Below are positions 26,648 through 35,453 of a stretch of 64,000 nucleotides of DNA, in pieces. The notes under the pieces were generated by a model. That model was not told the DNA's origin. It worked only from the letters and a program-made list of their open reading frames with translations, and searched no databases. Each line of letters starts with the position of its first letter. Positions within the stretch are counted from its first letter, which is position 1. Made by a program: the position numbers and the translations under genes. Source of the stretch: an uncultured Christensenellaceae bacterium (lineage in GTDB: Bacteria > Bacillota > Clostridia > Christensenellales > UBA3700); assembly GCA_944380295.1 (NCBI GenBank), contig CALWHE010000006.1, forward strand, positions 11,670-75,669, read 5' to 3'.

Positions 26648-26793
26648 GATGTCAAAACATTTATATTCCAATCGGAACTTGTGTCATAACTTACACTACT
26701 TCCGATTGAAAAATAGTATATCAAAGATAAAAGACGATGTCAAGATATTTATTCCGTTCGGAACTTGTGTCAAAACTTACACTACTTCCGAGC
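26648..26793 (-). repeat. Two copies of a 58-60 bp unit, each an imperfect hairpin plus TTGACA
   Basis: 26648..26707 and 26736..26793. Hairpin TCGGAAGTAGTGT n8 ACACAAGTTCCGA as read on the minus strand. The second copy covers the stop codon of the acyl-CoA ligase gene. Confidence 0.8.
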
Positions 26794-28392
26794 GGAACTC
26801 TCTTCTTTGAGTTTGCCCACGTCCACTTTGCCCACGGCGGTGCGAGGCAGTTTGTCCACAAAAATTATCTCGCGCGGACGGGCGTAAACTATCAATTTTT
26901 GCTCGCACGCCGCCCTGATCGCCTCTTCCGCCCGCTGTCTGTCCGCGCCCTTTTCCAAGGCGCAGTAAAGGCGCATATATTCTCTGTCGCCGCGGCTGAC
27001 CTTGACGGCGTAACTTTCCGCCACCGCGCTCACGTCGCCGGCAACTTCGCATATCTCCTGAGGATAGACCACCACGCCGCTCACCTTTTCCGCGGCTTTG
27101 ATGCGGTCGTAAAAGTAAACTCTGCCCTGCTCGTCCACTCTGCCGCTGTCGCCCGTTTTCAGCCATTTTTCCCCGCCGATGTTCATAAACACCCGATCGT
27201 TGTCCCCGTCGCGATAGCCCTGCATCAGCGTGGGCGCGCACACGACCAGCTCTCCTTCCTGCCCCGGCGGCAGCAGTTTTTCCCCGTCTGTGCAGGCGAT
27301 CTTAATGCCGTGCAGCGGCTTGCCCATGCAGCCTTTGATATACTCGCCCGGCTCGTTCACGCAGCACACCGTCACGCACTCCGTCTGCCCGTAACCTTCC
27401 AGCAGGCAGGCGGAAGAACCCGCCTTTTTCAGCGCCACGTCAAATTGGTTTTTCAGAGAAGAAGTCAGCTTGTCCCCGCCGCAAAAGATGTGTTTCACCC
27501 CTTTCATGGCGGCAAAAGCCTCGCCCCCGCCCAACATCTTTTTATACATCAGCGGCACGCCGGCAATAATGGTCACGCCGCGCTTTTTGATGACGGAGAG
27601 CACCTCTTTGGTGGAATATTTGGGGATCATCACGCTCTCTATGCCGCGCGAGAGCATGGAGTGCATGCACACCCCCAGCCCGAAGCCGTGAAAGATGGGC
27701 AGCACCATCAGGGATACGTCCCGGTTGCCGTCGTAATCGGCAATGACGTATGTGAGGCACTCGGTCAGCTCGTTGAACGCCTTGTGCGAAAGTTTGATGG
27801 TCTTGGGCTTGCCCGTGGTGCCGCCCGAGTGCATGAAAACGGCGGTGTCTTCACCTTTTCCCACCGGTGCGCCCGTGTGTTCGGGGAACTTTTTCATGAT
27901 CGCGCGCCAAGGCGTGGCGCCCGTCACGCGCGGCTCGCTCGTGCGGCGGTAAATGCCTGCGACAAGCGGCGGCAGATGGTCGGAAGCAGAAGCCGTCACC
28001 ACCGGACAGCCCGGCTGTAACTGCGCCTTGTTCTGCGCAAAGTAACCGTCAAAGGTGAGCAAAAGTTTGCTGCCCGCGTCCGCGGTCATCTCCGAAAGCG
28101 GCAGCGGCGGCATGAGCGGATGGATAAGATTGGCTATCGCGCCCAGTTTGTTCACGGCATAAAACGCCGCCGTGGCGGCGGGCAGATTGGGCAGATGAAT
28201 GGTCACCACGTCCCCCCTGCCAATGCCCAAAGAGAGCAGGAACGAGCAAAATTTGTTGCACTCGCGCCGCACGCGCGCCTTGCTTATCCTGCTGCCCTTG
28301 AAATATATCACCGTTTTGTCGTCAGAAAAGTCGGAAAGACCATCCGCAACATATTCATACATCGTCCGATCGGTATCGATAGCTCTGCCCAT
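26782..28392 (-). CDS. AMP-dependent synthetase/ligase (acyl-CoA synthetase family)
   Basis: AMP-binding signature MHSGGTTGKPK, plus GYGQTE and TGD..R.DE.G motifs. Start trimmed to ATG 28392 because the upstream 84 codons of the listed ORF run through repeat modules. Confidence 0.85.
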   Translation of the reverse strand: MGRAIDTDRTMYEYVADGLSDFSDDKTVIYFKGSRISKARVRRECNKFCSFLLSLGIGRGDVVTIHLPNLPAATAAFYAVNKLGAIANLIHPLMPPLPLSEMTADAGSKLLLTFDGYFAQNKAQLQPGCPVVTASASDHLPPLVAGIYRRTSEPRVTGATPWRAIMKKFPEHTGAPVGKGEDTAVFMHSGGTTGKPKTIKLSHKAFNELTECLTYVIADYDGNRDVSLMVLPIFHGFGLGVCMHSMLSRGIESVMIPKYSTKEVLSVIKKRGVTIIAGVPLMYKKMLGGGEAFAAMKGVKHIFCGGDKLTSSLKNQFDVALKKAGSSACLLEGYGQTECVTVCCVNEPGEYIKGCMGKPLHGIKIACTDGEKLLPPGQEGELVVCAPTLMQGYRDGDNDRVFMNIGGEKWLKTGDSGRVDEQGRVYFYDRIKAAEKVSGVVVYPQEICEVAGDVSAVAESYAVKVSRGDREYMRLYCALEKGADRQRAEEAIRAACEQKLIVYARPREIIFVDKLPRTAVGKVDVGKLKEESSARK

Positions 28393-28439
28393 AAATTCCC
28401 TGCGCCGCCCTGCGCGGCAAAAAACACTTAATATGGTTA

Positions 28440-29482
28440 TGATAACATAAGCGCGCGTGTATGTCAAGAAAGCAGAATTATGTCCTGCACAAGGGCGCAA
28501 TGAGCGATAAGCGAAGAAATGCGCCCTTGCTCCGGACGTGAAATTTTTGCGCAGATATAAGTGAGCGGTAAGCGAACATAACTTCCGCGCAAAAGTGAAA
28601 TGTTTTTGCCAACTCGTTGTCAAAAACGTGAAATGTGCCCTCAAACCGCAGAGCGACGAGAGAGCACGTGAAATGTTTGCTCATACTGCCGCAAAGCGGC
28701 GCATCGCAAACGTGGCGGCTGCCTGCGGCGCTATTAGAGTATAATGCTGCACCCGGAGCGCGGGGCGGTCCACCCCTTTATGTCCTGCGCCGCCAAACAA
28801 GAGTGAAAAGCGACAAAAATGTTTGGCGGCTCCGGACGTGAAATTTTTGCGCAGATATAAATAAGCGGTAAGCGAACGTATAATGCTGCGCAAAAGTGAA
28901 ATGTTTTTGCCTCGCAAGGCAAAAACGTGAAATGTGCCCTCAAACCGCAAGCGACGAGAGGGCACGTGAAATGTTTGCTCATACTGCCGCAAAGCGGCGC
29001 ATCGCAAACGTGGCGGCTGCCTGCGGCACTATTAGAATATAATGCTGCACCGGAGCGCGGGGCGCTCCACCCCTTACACGCCTTGACGTCACTTTTCTGT
29101 ATTTTCAGCCAATCGCTTTGCAATACCTACCCAATTAAGTGTAATAAAGCGCGGCAAAATCACATTTTTGCCAAGCGTCACCTCAAAAATGCGCCGTGCG
29201 CATTTTCCGAATGAGCGGAGCACGCGAAGCGAATGAGGGCGGAAAGAGTGAATTTTTGCGGCACGACCAAGCGCGCCACGAGATTACGCCGCCCGCAAAA
29301 AGAGAGAAAACCGCGGCTCAAGCAATCGAATCCGCGGCAAAGTGGCGGAGGCAGCGCGGTGCTGAACTCTAAATAAAATTATATTGGAATGATAATGTCG
29401 ATTGCGAATGCCGGGGTTGTCTTTCGGGAAGCGAAAAATGAAAGGGCAGTTTCCGTTGTAAACGAAAACCGCCCTATCCCTT
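28440..29482 (-). repeat. Mosaic repeat region: two head-to-tail heptamer-hairpin cassettes plus module L
   Basis: Cassettes at 28478..28776 and 28778..29073. L at about 29075..29482, ending in the terminator hairpin next to the aminotransferase stop. Confidence 0.92.
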
Positions 29483-30760
29483 TTATTTTTCGCTTATCTT
29501 AATTAGCTTTTCTATGCACGCCACCTTTATGCAGCACACCAACACTTTGAGCGCCTGCTCGAACTCCTCTTCCGTGGCAAAGGTGGGAGCGATGCGGATA
29601 TTGCTGTCTTTGTCGTCCACGCCGTAAGGGAAAGTGTCGCCCACGTTGGTGACGGTAAGTCCCACGCTCTTGCACAGCTTGCCCACTTCTTTGGCGCAGC
29701 CGTCCAGCACGTCCAGGCTGATGAAGTAACCGCCGCGCGGTTTGGTCCAGCGCGCGATACCGCTGTTTTCGCCGAACTCTTCGGAGAAGACTTCTTCAAA
29801 TTTTTCAAACTTAGGGCGGATAAGAGCCGCCTGTTTTGCCATGATGGCAGCCACGTTCTCCGGCGATTGCAGATAGAGGTAATGCGCGTATTGCCACACC
29901 TTGTTAAAGCCGATGGTCTGGAACTTCATGTGCGAGAGGACGTCGGCGATATTGTTCTTGCTTGCCGCCATCACCGCCACGCCCGCGCCGGCGAACGTCA
30001 CTTTGGACGTGGAAGCGAATTCGTATATCCTGTCCGCCGTGCCCGCTTCTTTGGCGATGTCCATGATGTTGGCGAGCTTGTCGCCCTGCTCGTAAAGGTC
30101 GTGCACGCAATAAGCGTTGTCCCAGAAGATGCGGAAGTCCTTGGCAGCGGTGGTCATTTTGGCAAGGCGCTCCACCGTTTCGTCCGAGAAGGTGTAACCG
30201 GTGGGGTTCTGATATTTGGGCACGCACCAGATGCCCTTCACGCTCTCATCGGACGCCGCCAGCATCTCCACCAGCTCCATATTGGGACCGGCGGGGGTCA
30301 TGGGCACGTTGATCATCTCTATGCCGAAGTGCTGGCAGATGGCAAAATGCCTGTCATAACCGGGCACGGGGCAGAGAAATTTGACCTTGCCGGCGTTCCA
30401 AGGCTTGCCGCCGCACACGCCGAACTGCATGGCGCGCTGGACGGTGTCGAACATCATTTGCAGGCTGGAATTGCCGCCGATGACGGTTTCTTCCTTTTCC
30501 ACGCCCAAGATCTTGGCAAACAGGGCGCGCAGCTCCGGAATGCCTTCCAAGCCGCCGTAATTGCGGTAATCGGGCTTGGGAAATTGAGTGGCGGAATTTA
30601 TCATATCCAACATGGGCATGGTGATGTCCATCTGCTGCGGGCAGGGTTTGCCGCGCGAGATGTCCAGGGATATCTTTTGTTTTTTGATCTCTTTGAGCAC
30701 CTTGTTCTGCTCTCCGAGCGCCTGTTGCAACTCTTCCTTGCTCATCTTGGTGTAATTCAT
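29483..30760 (-). CDS. PLP-dependent aminotransferase, class I/II fold (aspartate/aromatic-like)
   Basis: PLP-lysine context ASTSKVTFAGAG, about 425 aa. ATG 30760 has better spacing from GAGAGG than ATG 30766. Confidence 0.8.
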   Translation of the reverse strand: MNYTKMSKEELQQALGEQNKVLKEIKKQKISLDISRGKPCPQQMDITMPMLDMINSATQFPKPDYRNYGGLEGIPELRALFAKILGVEKEETVIGGNSSLQMMFDTVQRAMQFGVCGGKPWNAGKVKFLCPVPGYDRHFAICQHFGIEMINVPMTPAGPNMELVEMLAASDESVKGIWCVPKYQNPTGYTFSDETVERLAKMTTAAKDFRIFWDNAYCVHDLYEQGDKLANIMDIAKEAGTADRIYEFASTSKVTFAGAGVAVMAASKNNIADVLSHMKFQTIGFNKVWQYAHYLYLQSPENVAAIMAKQAALIRPKFEKFEEVFSEEFGENSGIARWTKPRGGYFISLDVLDGCAKEVGKLCKSVGLTVTNVGDTFPYGVDDKDSNIRIAPTFATEEEFEQALKVLVCCIKVACIEKLIKISEK

Positions 30761-30817
30761 ATACATACCTCTCTTGAAAAAATTTTCCTCGCCCCGCCGC
30801 GCCGGACGGAGCGCTTT

Positions 30818-32140
30818 TTAATCGCTTTCTTTATCGCTGCGGCTGCGGTAGACCATGCGTATCGGCGTGCCTTTGAAGCCGAAGGCGGTGCGCAGCCTGT
30901 TTTCCAGGTAACGCTTATAACTGAAATGCAGCAGCTTGGCGTCGTTGACGAAAAAGACGAAGGTGGGCGGATAAACGCCGTCCTGCGTGGCGTATAAGAT
31001 CTTCAAGCGCCGCCCGTTGTAAGAAGGCGGTTCGGTGGCGAGCACCGCGTCGCGCACCACGTCGTTCAACAGCCCCGTGGTGATACGTCTGCCGCCCTGC
31101 TCATATGCTTCCACCAGCATGTCCAGCGCCTTGTCCAGCCGCTGACCCGTGAGCGCGGAAACATACGCCACGCTCTTATAGTCCATAAATTTAAGCTCCG
31201 CGTCCAGCCTCTTGTTGAACGCGTTGATGGTGGAAGAGTCTTTTTCCACCTTGTCCCACTTGTTCATCAAGATGAGAGAAGGCTTGTTCTGCTCGTCAAC
31301 ATAGCCGCATATCTTCACGTCCTGTTCGCTGACGCCCTCGCTCGCGTCGATGACGATGAGGCACACGTCCGCGCGGCGCACCGCCGCCAGGGCGCGCATG
31401 ACGGCATAACTCTCCACGCCCTTTTCCACGCCCGATTTTTTTCTCATGCCGGCGGTATCGATAATGGTGAATTTTCTGCCCTTGGCGTCTTCAAACGGCG
31501 TATCGATGGCGTCGCGCGTGGTGCCGGCAACGTCGCTGACGATCACCCGCTCATAGCCCAAGAGCCGGTTGACAAGCGAACTTTTCCCCGCGTTGGGCTT
31601 GCCCACCACGGCAATTTTTATGCGCTCTTCTTCCTCTTCTTCCGGGATGAGCGCAAAACCTTTGGTTATCTCATCCAGCAGATCGCCCAAGCCCTTGCCC
31701 TGTTCGGCGGAAATGCCCACCACTTCGTCCATGCCCAGCTCATAAAAATCGTATATGCGCTCTTCTTCGTTGTTGTCCAGCTTGTTGACCGCCACGATGA
31801 CGGGCTTTTTGCTCTTGCGCAAAAACTGCGCCACGTCCCTGTCCCCGGAGGTAAGCCCCGCCTTGCCGTCCACCAAAAGCACGATGACGTCGGCAATGTC
31901 CACCGCCACTTCCGCTTGCAGACGGATGTGCCGCCACATTTTGTCATCGCTCTTGATCTCCAAGCCGCCCGTGTCTATCAGCGTGAAAGTGCGGCCGCAC
32001 CACTCCGCGTCGCAATAGACGCGGTCGCGCGTGACGCCGGGCGCGTCTTCCACAATGGAAACGCGCTTGCCGGTGAGCTTATTAAAAAGCGTGGACTTGC
32101 CCACATTGGGTCTGCCCACAATGGCAACGGTGGGTTTCAT
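30818..32140 (-). CDS. der: Ribosome-associated GTPase Der (EngA)
   Basis: Two G domains (GRPNVGKST, GKPNAGKSS) plus a KH-like C-terminus. Start trimmed to ATG 32140 (MKPTVAIVG). Confidence 0.95.
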   Translation of the reverse strand: MKPTVAIVGRPNVGKSTLFNKLTGKRVSIVEDAPGVTRDRVYCDAEWCGRTFTLIDTGGLEIKSDDKMWRHIRLQAEVAVDIADVIVLLVDGKAGLTSGDRDVAQFLRKSKKPVIVAVNKLDNNEEERIYDFYELGMDEVVGISAEQGKGLGDLLDEITKGFALIPEEEEEERIKIAVVGKPNAGKSSLVNRLLGYERVIVSDVAGTTRDAIDTPFEDAKGRKFTIIDTAGMRKKSGVEKGVESYAVMRALAAVRRADVCLIVIDASEGVSEQDVKICGYVDEQNKPSLILMNKWDKVEKDSSTINAFNKRLDAELKFMDYKSVAYVSALTGQRLDKALDMLVEAYEQGGRRITTGLLNDVVRDAVLATEPPSYNGRRLKILYATQDGVYPPTFVFFVNDAKLLHFSYKRYLENRLRTAFGFKGTPIRMVYRSRSDKESD

Positions 32141-32193
32141 ACTTACGCCATTATACAATATCCGCGCGCATAAGTAAAGTATTTGGCCGCCCT

Positions 32194-32916
32194 TCACGCC
32201 TGCAAAGGCAGCCGCTTTTTCAAGATGTCGAACAGCGCCACGGAAACCACCGACTTTATTATCGCGCTTGGGATAAACAGCACAAAACAGGACATGAGCG
32301 CCGCGGGCAGAGTGAGGTCGGAGTGCATATAGTAGCGGAAGAGCAGATAATAATAAAAAGTGCCGCCCAGCAGCTGCAAGAGCGAGATAAACAAACTTGC
32401 CGCATGCCGCCACAAAAAGCGCGCCTTGGGCGGCAGGAATTTATCGTGCCGCACCGCAAAGGAGATGCCCGCCGCCATCAAAGGCAGTGTGAGCAGAAAG
32501 CCGAAGGAAGGCTGCAAGACATATCCCGGTCCGCCGCCCGCGGTGAACACGGGTATGCCCAAAAGCCCCATCGCCACATAGATGACTTGCGAAAGCGCCG
32601 CCGCGCCGGGGGTGAGAAAACAGCCGGCAAGCGCGGTTGCCAGCGTGAGCAAAGACATTGCCACCGGCTGCATGGGTATCTTGATAAATCCGCAGACAAC
32701 GGTGACCGCCACAAACAGCGCGATCAGCGCCACCTGCCGCGCGCGGCGCGGTCTGCGCGCCCTCGCTCCGCCCTGTTCGCAAGCGGGCGCGGCGGTGCTT
32801 TCCCCGCCTTCTTCCCGCTCTGCGCGCTCCCCGTCTTTTTCTGCCGGATCCTGCGCCTTGCCGCCATCTTTTTCATCGAAAAGCGCGGCGCCTTTTTTCT
32901 CGCCAAAACCGTTCAT
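32194..32916 (-). CDS. bioY: Biotin transporter BioY (ECF S-component) with a disordered N-terminal extension of about 60 aa
   Basis: BioY core (FIKIPMQPV..SLLTLA..L.G....GA.SQ..Y...G..G.PVF..GGGP.Y...PSFGFL). Confidence 0.85.
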   Translation of the reverse strand: MNGFGEKKGAALFDEKDGGKAQDPAEKDGERAEREEGGESTAAPACEQGGARARRPRRARQVALIALFVAVTVVCGFIKIPMQPVAMSLLTLATALAGCFLTPGAAALSQVIYVAMGLLGIPVFTAGGGPGYVLQPSFGFLLTLPLMAAGISFAVRHDKFLPPKARFLWRHAASLFISLLQLLGGTFYYYLLFRYYMHSDLTLPAALMSCFVLFIPSAIIKSVVSVALFDILKKRLPLQA

Positions 32917-32990
32917 GGTCTTAGTGTAAAATATTTAAGCGATATTGTCAACGCAAAAATGCTTGCTTGTAAACCTTATTGTGTAAAATT

Positions 32991-34154
32991 TCACTCCCCG
33001 TCCGACGGCGCGGCGCTGTCCGGCGCCTCTCCTTCCGCCGCGGGAGCGGGAAAGACTTCCGCGTCTTTATAGCGTTCCAACACCTCTTTGAGCGCCGCCG
33101 CAAGGCGGTCTTCTCCGTCTGCTGGCAGCAGTTCGCGCGCCGCCGCGCGGCAGCGCTCCTGCGCGGCTTTGTCCATAAGCAAGTCTATTGCCTGTTTGAC
33201 GGCTTCCGCCTCGCTCCCTGCCGCGGGATAGATCTTTTTCAGCGCCTTGAACACCCCTTTCTGCGCCTTGTTCACGGGGGGAAGCAGCACCACGGGCAGA
33301 TCGTTTGCCGCGCACTCCGCGGCGATGAAGGCGGTGGGCGCGATCACGGCTATGTCCGCCGCCGCATACAAAACGTCCATGCTCTCTTCCGCTGCCACGA
33401 TCACGTCCGGGCAGCGTTTTTCCACCTGCGCCGCGCCGCGTTCCCCGCCCGAGAGCAGGGGCGTGAGCACGTCCGCATAGGCGGCAAACGCCTGCGCCGC
33501 CCGCATGGCGCGGCGGGAGCAATACCTGCCGCCCGCGATCAGCGCCACCGGTCTTTCTCCGCTTATGCCCAGCTGTTTGAGCGCCTTTTCCCGCACGCCG
33601 ACGGAGGGCGAAACGGGCATGCCCGTCACCCTGATGCGTTCGCGTTCTATGCCGCGCCGCGCCAATTTCTCCGCGCACGCCTCCGTGGCGGCAAGATAGA
33701 CGTCCGCGCCCTTTACGCTCATACCGCAGGCAGGGGCAAAGTCCAGCGCTCCCGCGATCACGCAGCCCTTGTAAGCGGTGGCTGCCGCGGCGGAGAGAGT
33801 CAGCGCCAGGGCGCGCGAAGTAAAGCAGACCACGGCTTTGGGCGCAAAGCGGTAAAGCACGTTTTCGCACCGCTCGCCCGCCGGGACCACGCGCGGCATT
33901 TTGCCCCGCTTGAACTTTTGCTGCTTTTTCTCTTTTATCTTGTAACGCTTATAAAACTTCTTCAAAAACGCGCCGCTCAGCGAGGGGCAGTAACGCGAAG
34001 CCAAAATATAACCCTTGATGCCGCTGCCCGAACACAGCTCGCCTTCGTCTATGAACACCACGTCCGTGAGCGTGCCTGCAAAGCGCCTTTGCACGGCAAG
34101 GGCGGCGTTGTCAAAAAGTCCTTTTTTGCCTATGAGCACAATGCAGTCGTTCAT
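32991..34154 (-). CDS. MGDG-synthase/UgtP-like glycosyltransferase (GT28 family), divergent
   Basis: Collinear with the UgtP layout (..D.Y..AT....E.L...G......I.VTG.P..P). C-terminal GT-B half, then an acidic tail. ATGA overlap with the upstream U32 gene. Confidence 0.6.
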   Translation of the reverse strand: MNDCIVLIGKKGLFDNAALAVQRRFAGTLTDVVFIDEGELCSGSGIKGYILASRYCPSLSGAFLKKFYKRYKIKEKKQQKFKRGKMPRVVPAGERCENVLYRFAPKAVVCFTSRALALTLSAAAATAYKGCVIAGALDFAPACGMSVKGADVYLAATEACAEKLARRGIERERIRVTGMPVSPSVGVREKALKQLGISGERPVALIAGGRYCSRRAMRAAQAFAAYADVLTPLLSGGERGAAQVEKRCPDVIVAAEESMDVLYAAADIAVIAPTAFIAAECAANDLPVVLLPPVNKAQKGVFKALKKIYPAAGSEAEAVKQAIDLLMDKAAQERCRAAARELLPADGEDRLAAALKEVLERYKDAEVFPAPAAEGEAPDSAAPSDGE

Positions 34155-35338
34155 ACTCTCCTCCTGCGCAGCATATCGCCCGCTTGCAGCGGCACGGGAC
34201 AGCTTATCAGCACCGTCTGCTGCACCGCCTTGGCGTCTGCAAGCGGCGCGCCGTCTTCGTCGGACATGGCGGTCAGCTCAAAAGTCCGCGCGCTGTTTTC
34301 CGCCTTGGCGCACAGCGTTTCCAGCTCCTCTCCCACGGCGAACCTGCCCCGCTGTTCCACCGCGTAAAGCCCGTTTTTCTCCCCTTTCACCACGCCCACG
34401 AAGTCGAACTCCTGCGCGGGGCGCGAGGTGAGGAAGCTCTCCTTTGCCGCGCCAAAGTAAAAGCCGGTGCAATACTGCCTGTGGCTGTGTTTGTTCACCT
34501 CTTGCACGGCAAACTCGGGCGCGCCCTCCCCGCGCATTGCCGCGTCCAGCGCCGCGCGGTATGCGCTCACCGCCGAGGCGCAGTAATAGCGCGTTTTCAT
34601 CCGCCCTTCTATCTTGAAAGAATGCACCCCCGCAGCCAAAAGCTCGCGCAAATGCTCTATCATGCACAAATCCGCGCTGTTGAGGATATAAGTGCCGTTT
34701 TCGCTCTCCCCCACCGTGAGCGGCGCCCCGCCGCCCGCGCTCAGCTTATACTCCCAGCGGCAGGGCTGGGCGCAGTCGCCGCGGTTGGCGCTCCTGCCCG
34801 TGAGATAATCGGACAAAAGGCATCTGCCGCTGAACGATATGCACATCGCCCCGTGCACAAAACACTCTATCTCCACCTGCGGCGGCAGCATGTCGCGCAG
34901 GCGTTTTATCCCGTCCAGGCTCATCTCGCGCGCCGTCACGATCCTCTTCACGCCCATATCCGCCCAAAACGCCGCCGCATACCCGTTGGTGACGTTGGCT
35001 TGCGTGGAAAGGTGCACGGCGAGCGCGGGCGCTTTTTTCCGCACCAGAGATATTATGCCCGGATCGGCAACGATAACACCGTCCGCGCCCGCCTCTTGCA
35101 GGCGCGCGATATGCTCTTCCAGCGTGGGAAAATCTTCATCGCGCGCATAGATGTTGACGGCGGCGTAATACTTTTTGCCCGCCGCGTGCGCCATGGCAAT
35201 GCCCGCGGCAAACTCTTTGTCCATGCTCTTGTCCGCACGCAAAGAAAAAGCGCCGCCCGCATACACCGCGTCCGCGCCGAAGTGCAGCGCCGTTTCCAAC
35301 TTTTCCCTGTCCCCCGCCGGGGCAAGCAATTCGGGCAT
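34151..35338 (-). CDS. Peptidase U32 family protein (TrhP/RlhA-type putative RNA hydroxylation factor)
   Basis: U32 signature ECFVHGAMCISFSGRCLLS. Start trimmed to ATG 35338 (MPELLAPAG), preceded by GGAGAGAGGG. Confidence 0.88.
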   Translation of the reverse strand: MPELLAPAGDREKLETALHFGADAVYAGGAFSLRADKSMDKEFAAGIAMAHAAGKKYYAAVNIYARDEDFPTLEEHIARLQEAGADGVIVADPGIISLVRKKAPALAVHLSTQANVTNGYAAAFWADMGVKRIVTAREMSLDGIKRLRDMLPPQVEIECFVHGAMCISFSGRCLLSDYLTGRSANRGDCAQPCRWEYKLSAGGGAPLTVGESENGTYILNSADLCMIEHLRELLAAGVHSFKIEGRMKTRYYCASAVSAYRAALDAAMRGEGAPEFAVQEVNKHSHRQYCTGFYFGAAKESFLTSRPAQEFDFVGVVKGEKNGLYAVEQRGRFAVGEELETLCAKAENSARTFELTAMSDEDGAPLADAKAVQQTVLISCPVPLQAGDMLRRRRV

Positions 35339-35453
35339 TATCCCTCTCTCCAAAGCCGCGCCCCGCAAACGGCGCGGCGCGTTATTTTTATCATCATACC
35401 ATATCCGCCGCCAAAATGCAAAGGACCGAATCAAAACGTCTCTTGCCCGCAGC

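Noticed and set aside
26438-26735. T-box riboswitch or leader-peptide attenuator upstream of ilvB
   Set aside because: There is no T-box core (AGGGTGGNACCGCG-like) and no specifier-loop architecture. The only small ORF in the leader (31 codons, MSGKGRSGVLPFFCACGKK...) is not enriched in Ile, Val or Leu codons.
26782-28644. N-terminal extensions of real genes into repeat DNA (26782..28644, 30818..32413, 34151..35434, 45944..48589, 51669..54485, 58787..60229, 59902..60420)
   Set aside because: The extensions translate repeat modules (recurring peptides such as HFTFL.TSWQKHFTF and AYRSLRPCAGH). They lack an RBS, whereas an internal ATG with a good SD coincides with the start of family homology.
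32917-32990. BirA operator upstream of bioY
   Set aside because: TGTAAACC and TGTGTAAAA occur only as direct repeats, not inverted repeats. No partner GGTTTACA half-site lies at the expected spacing.
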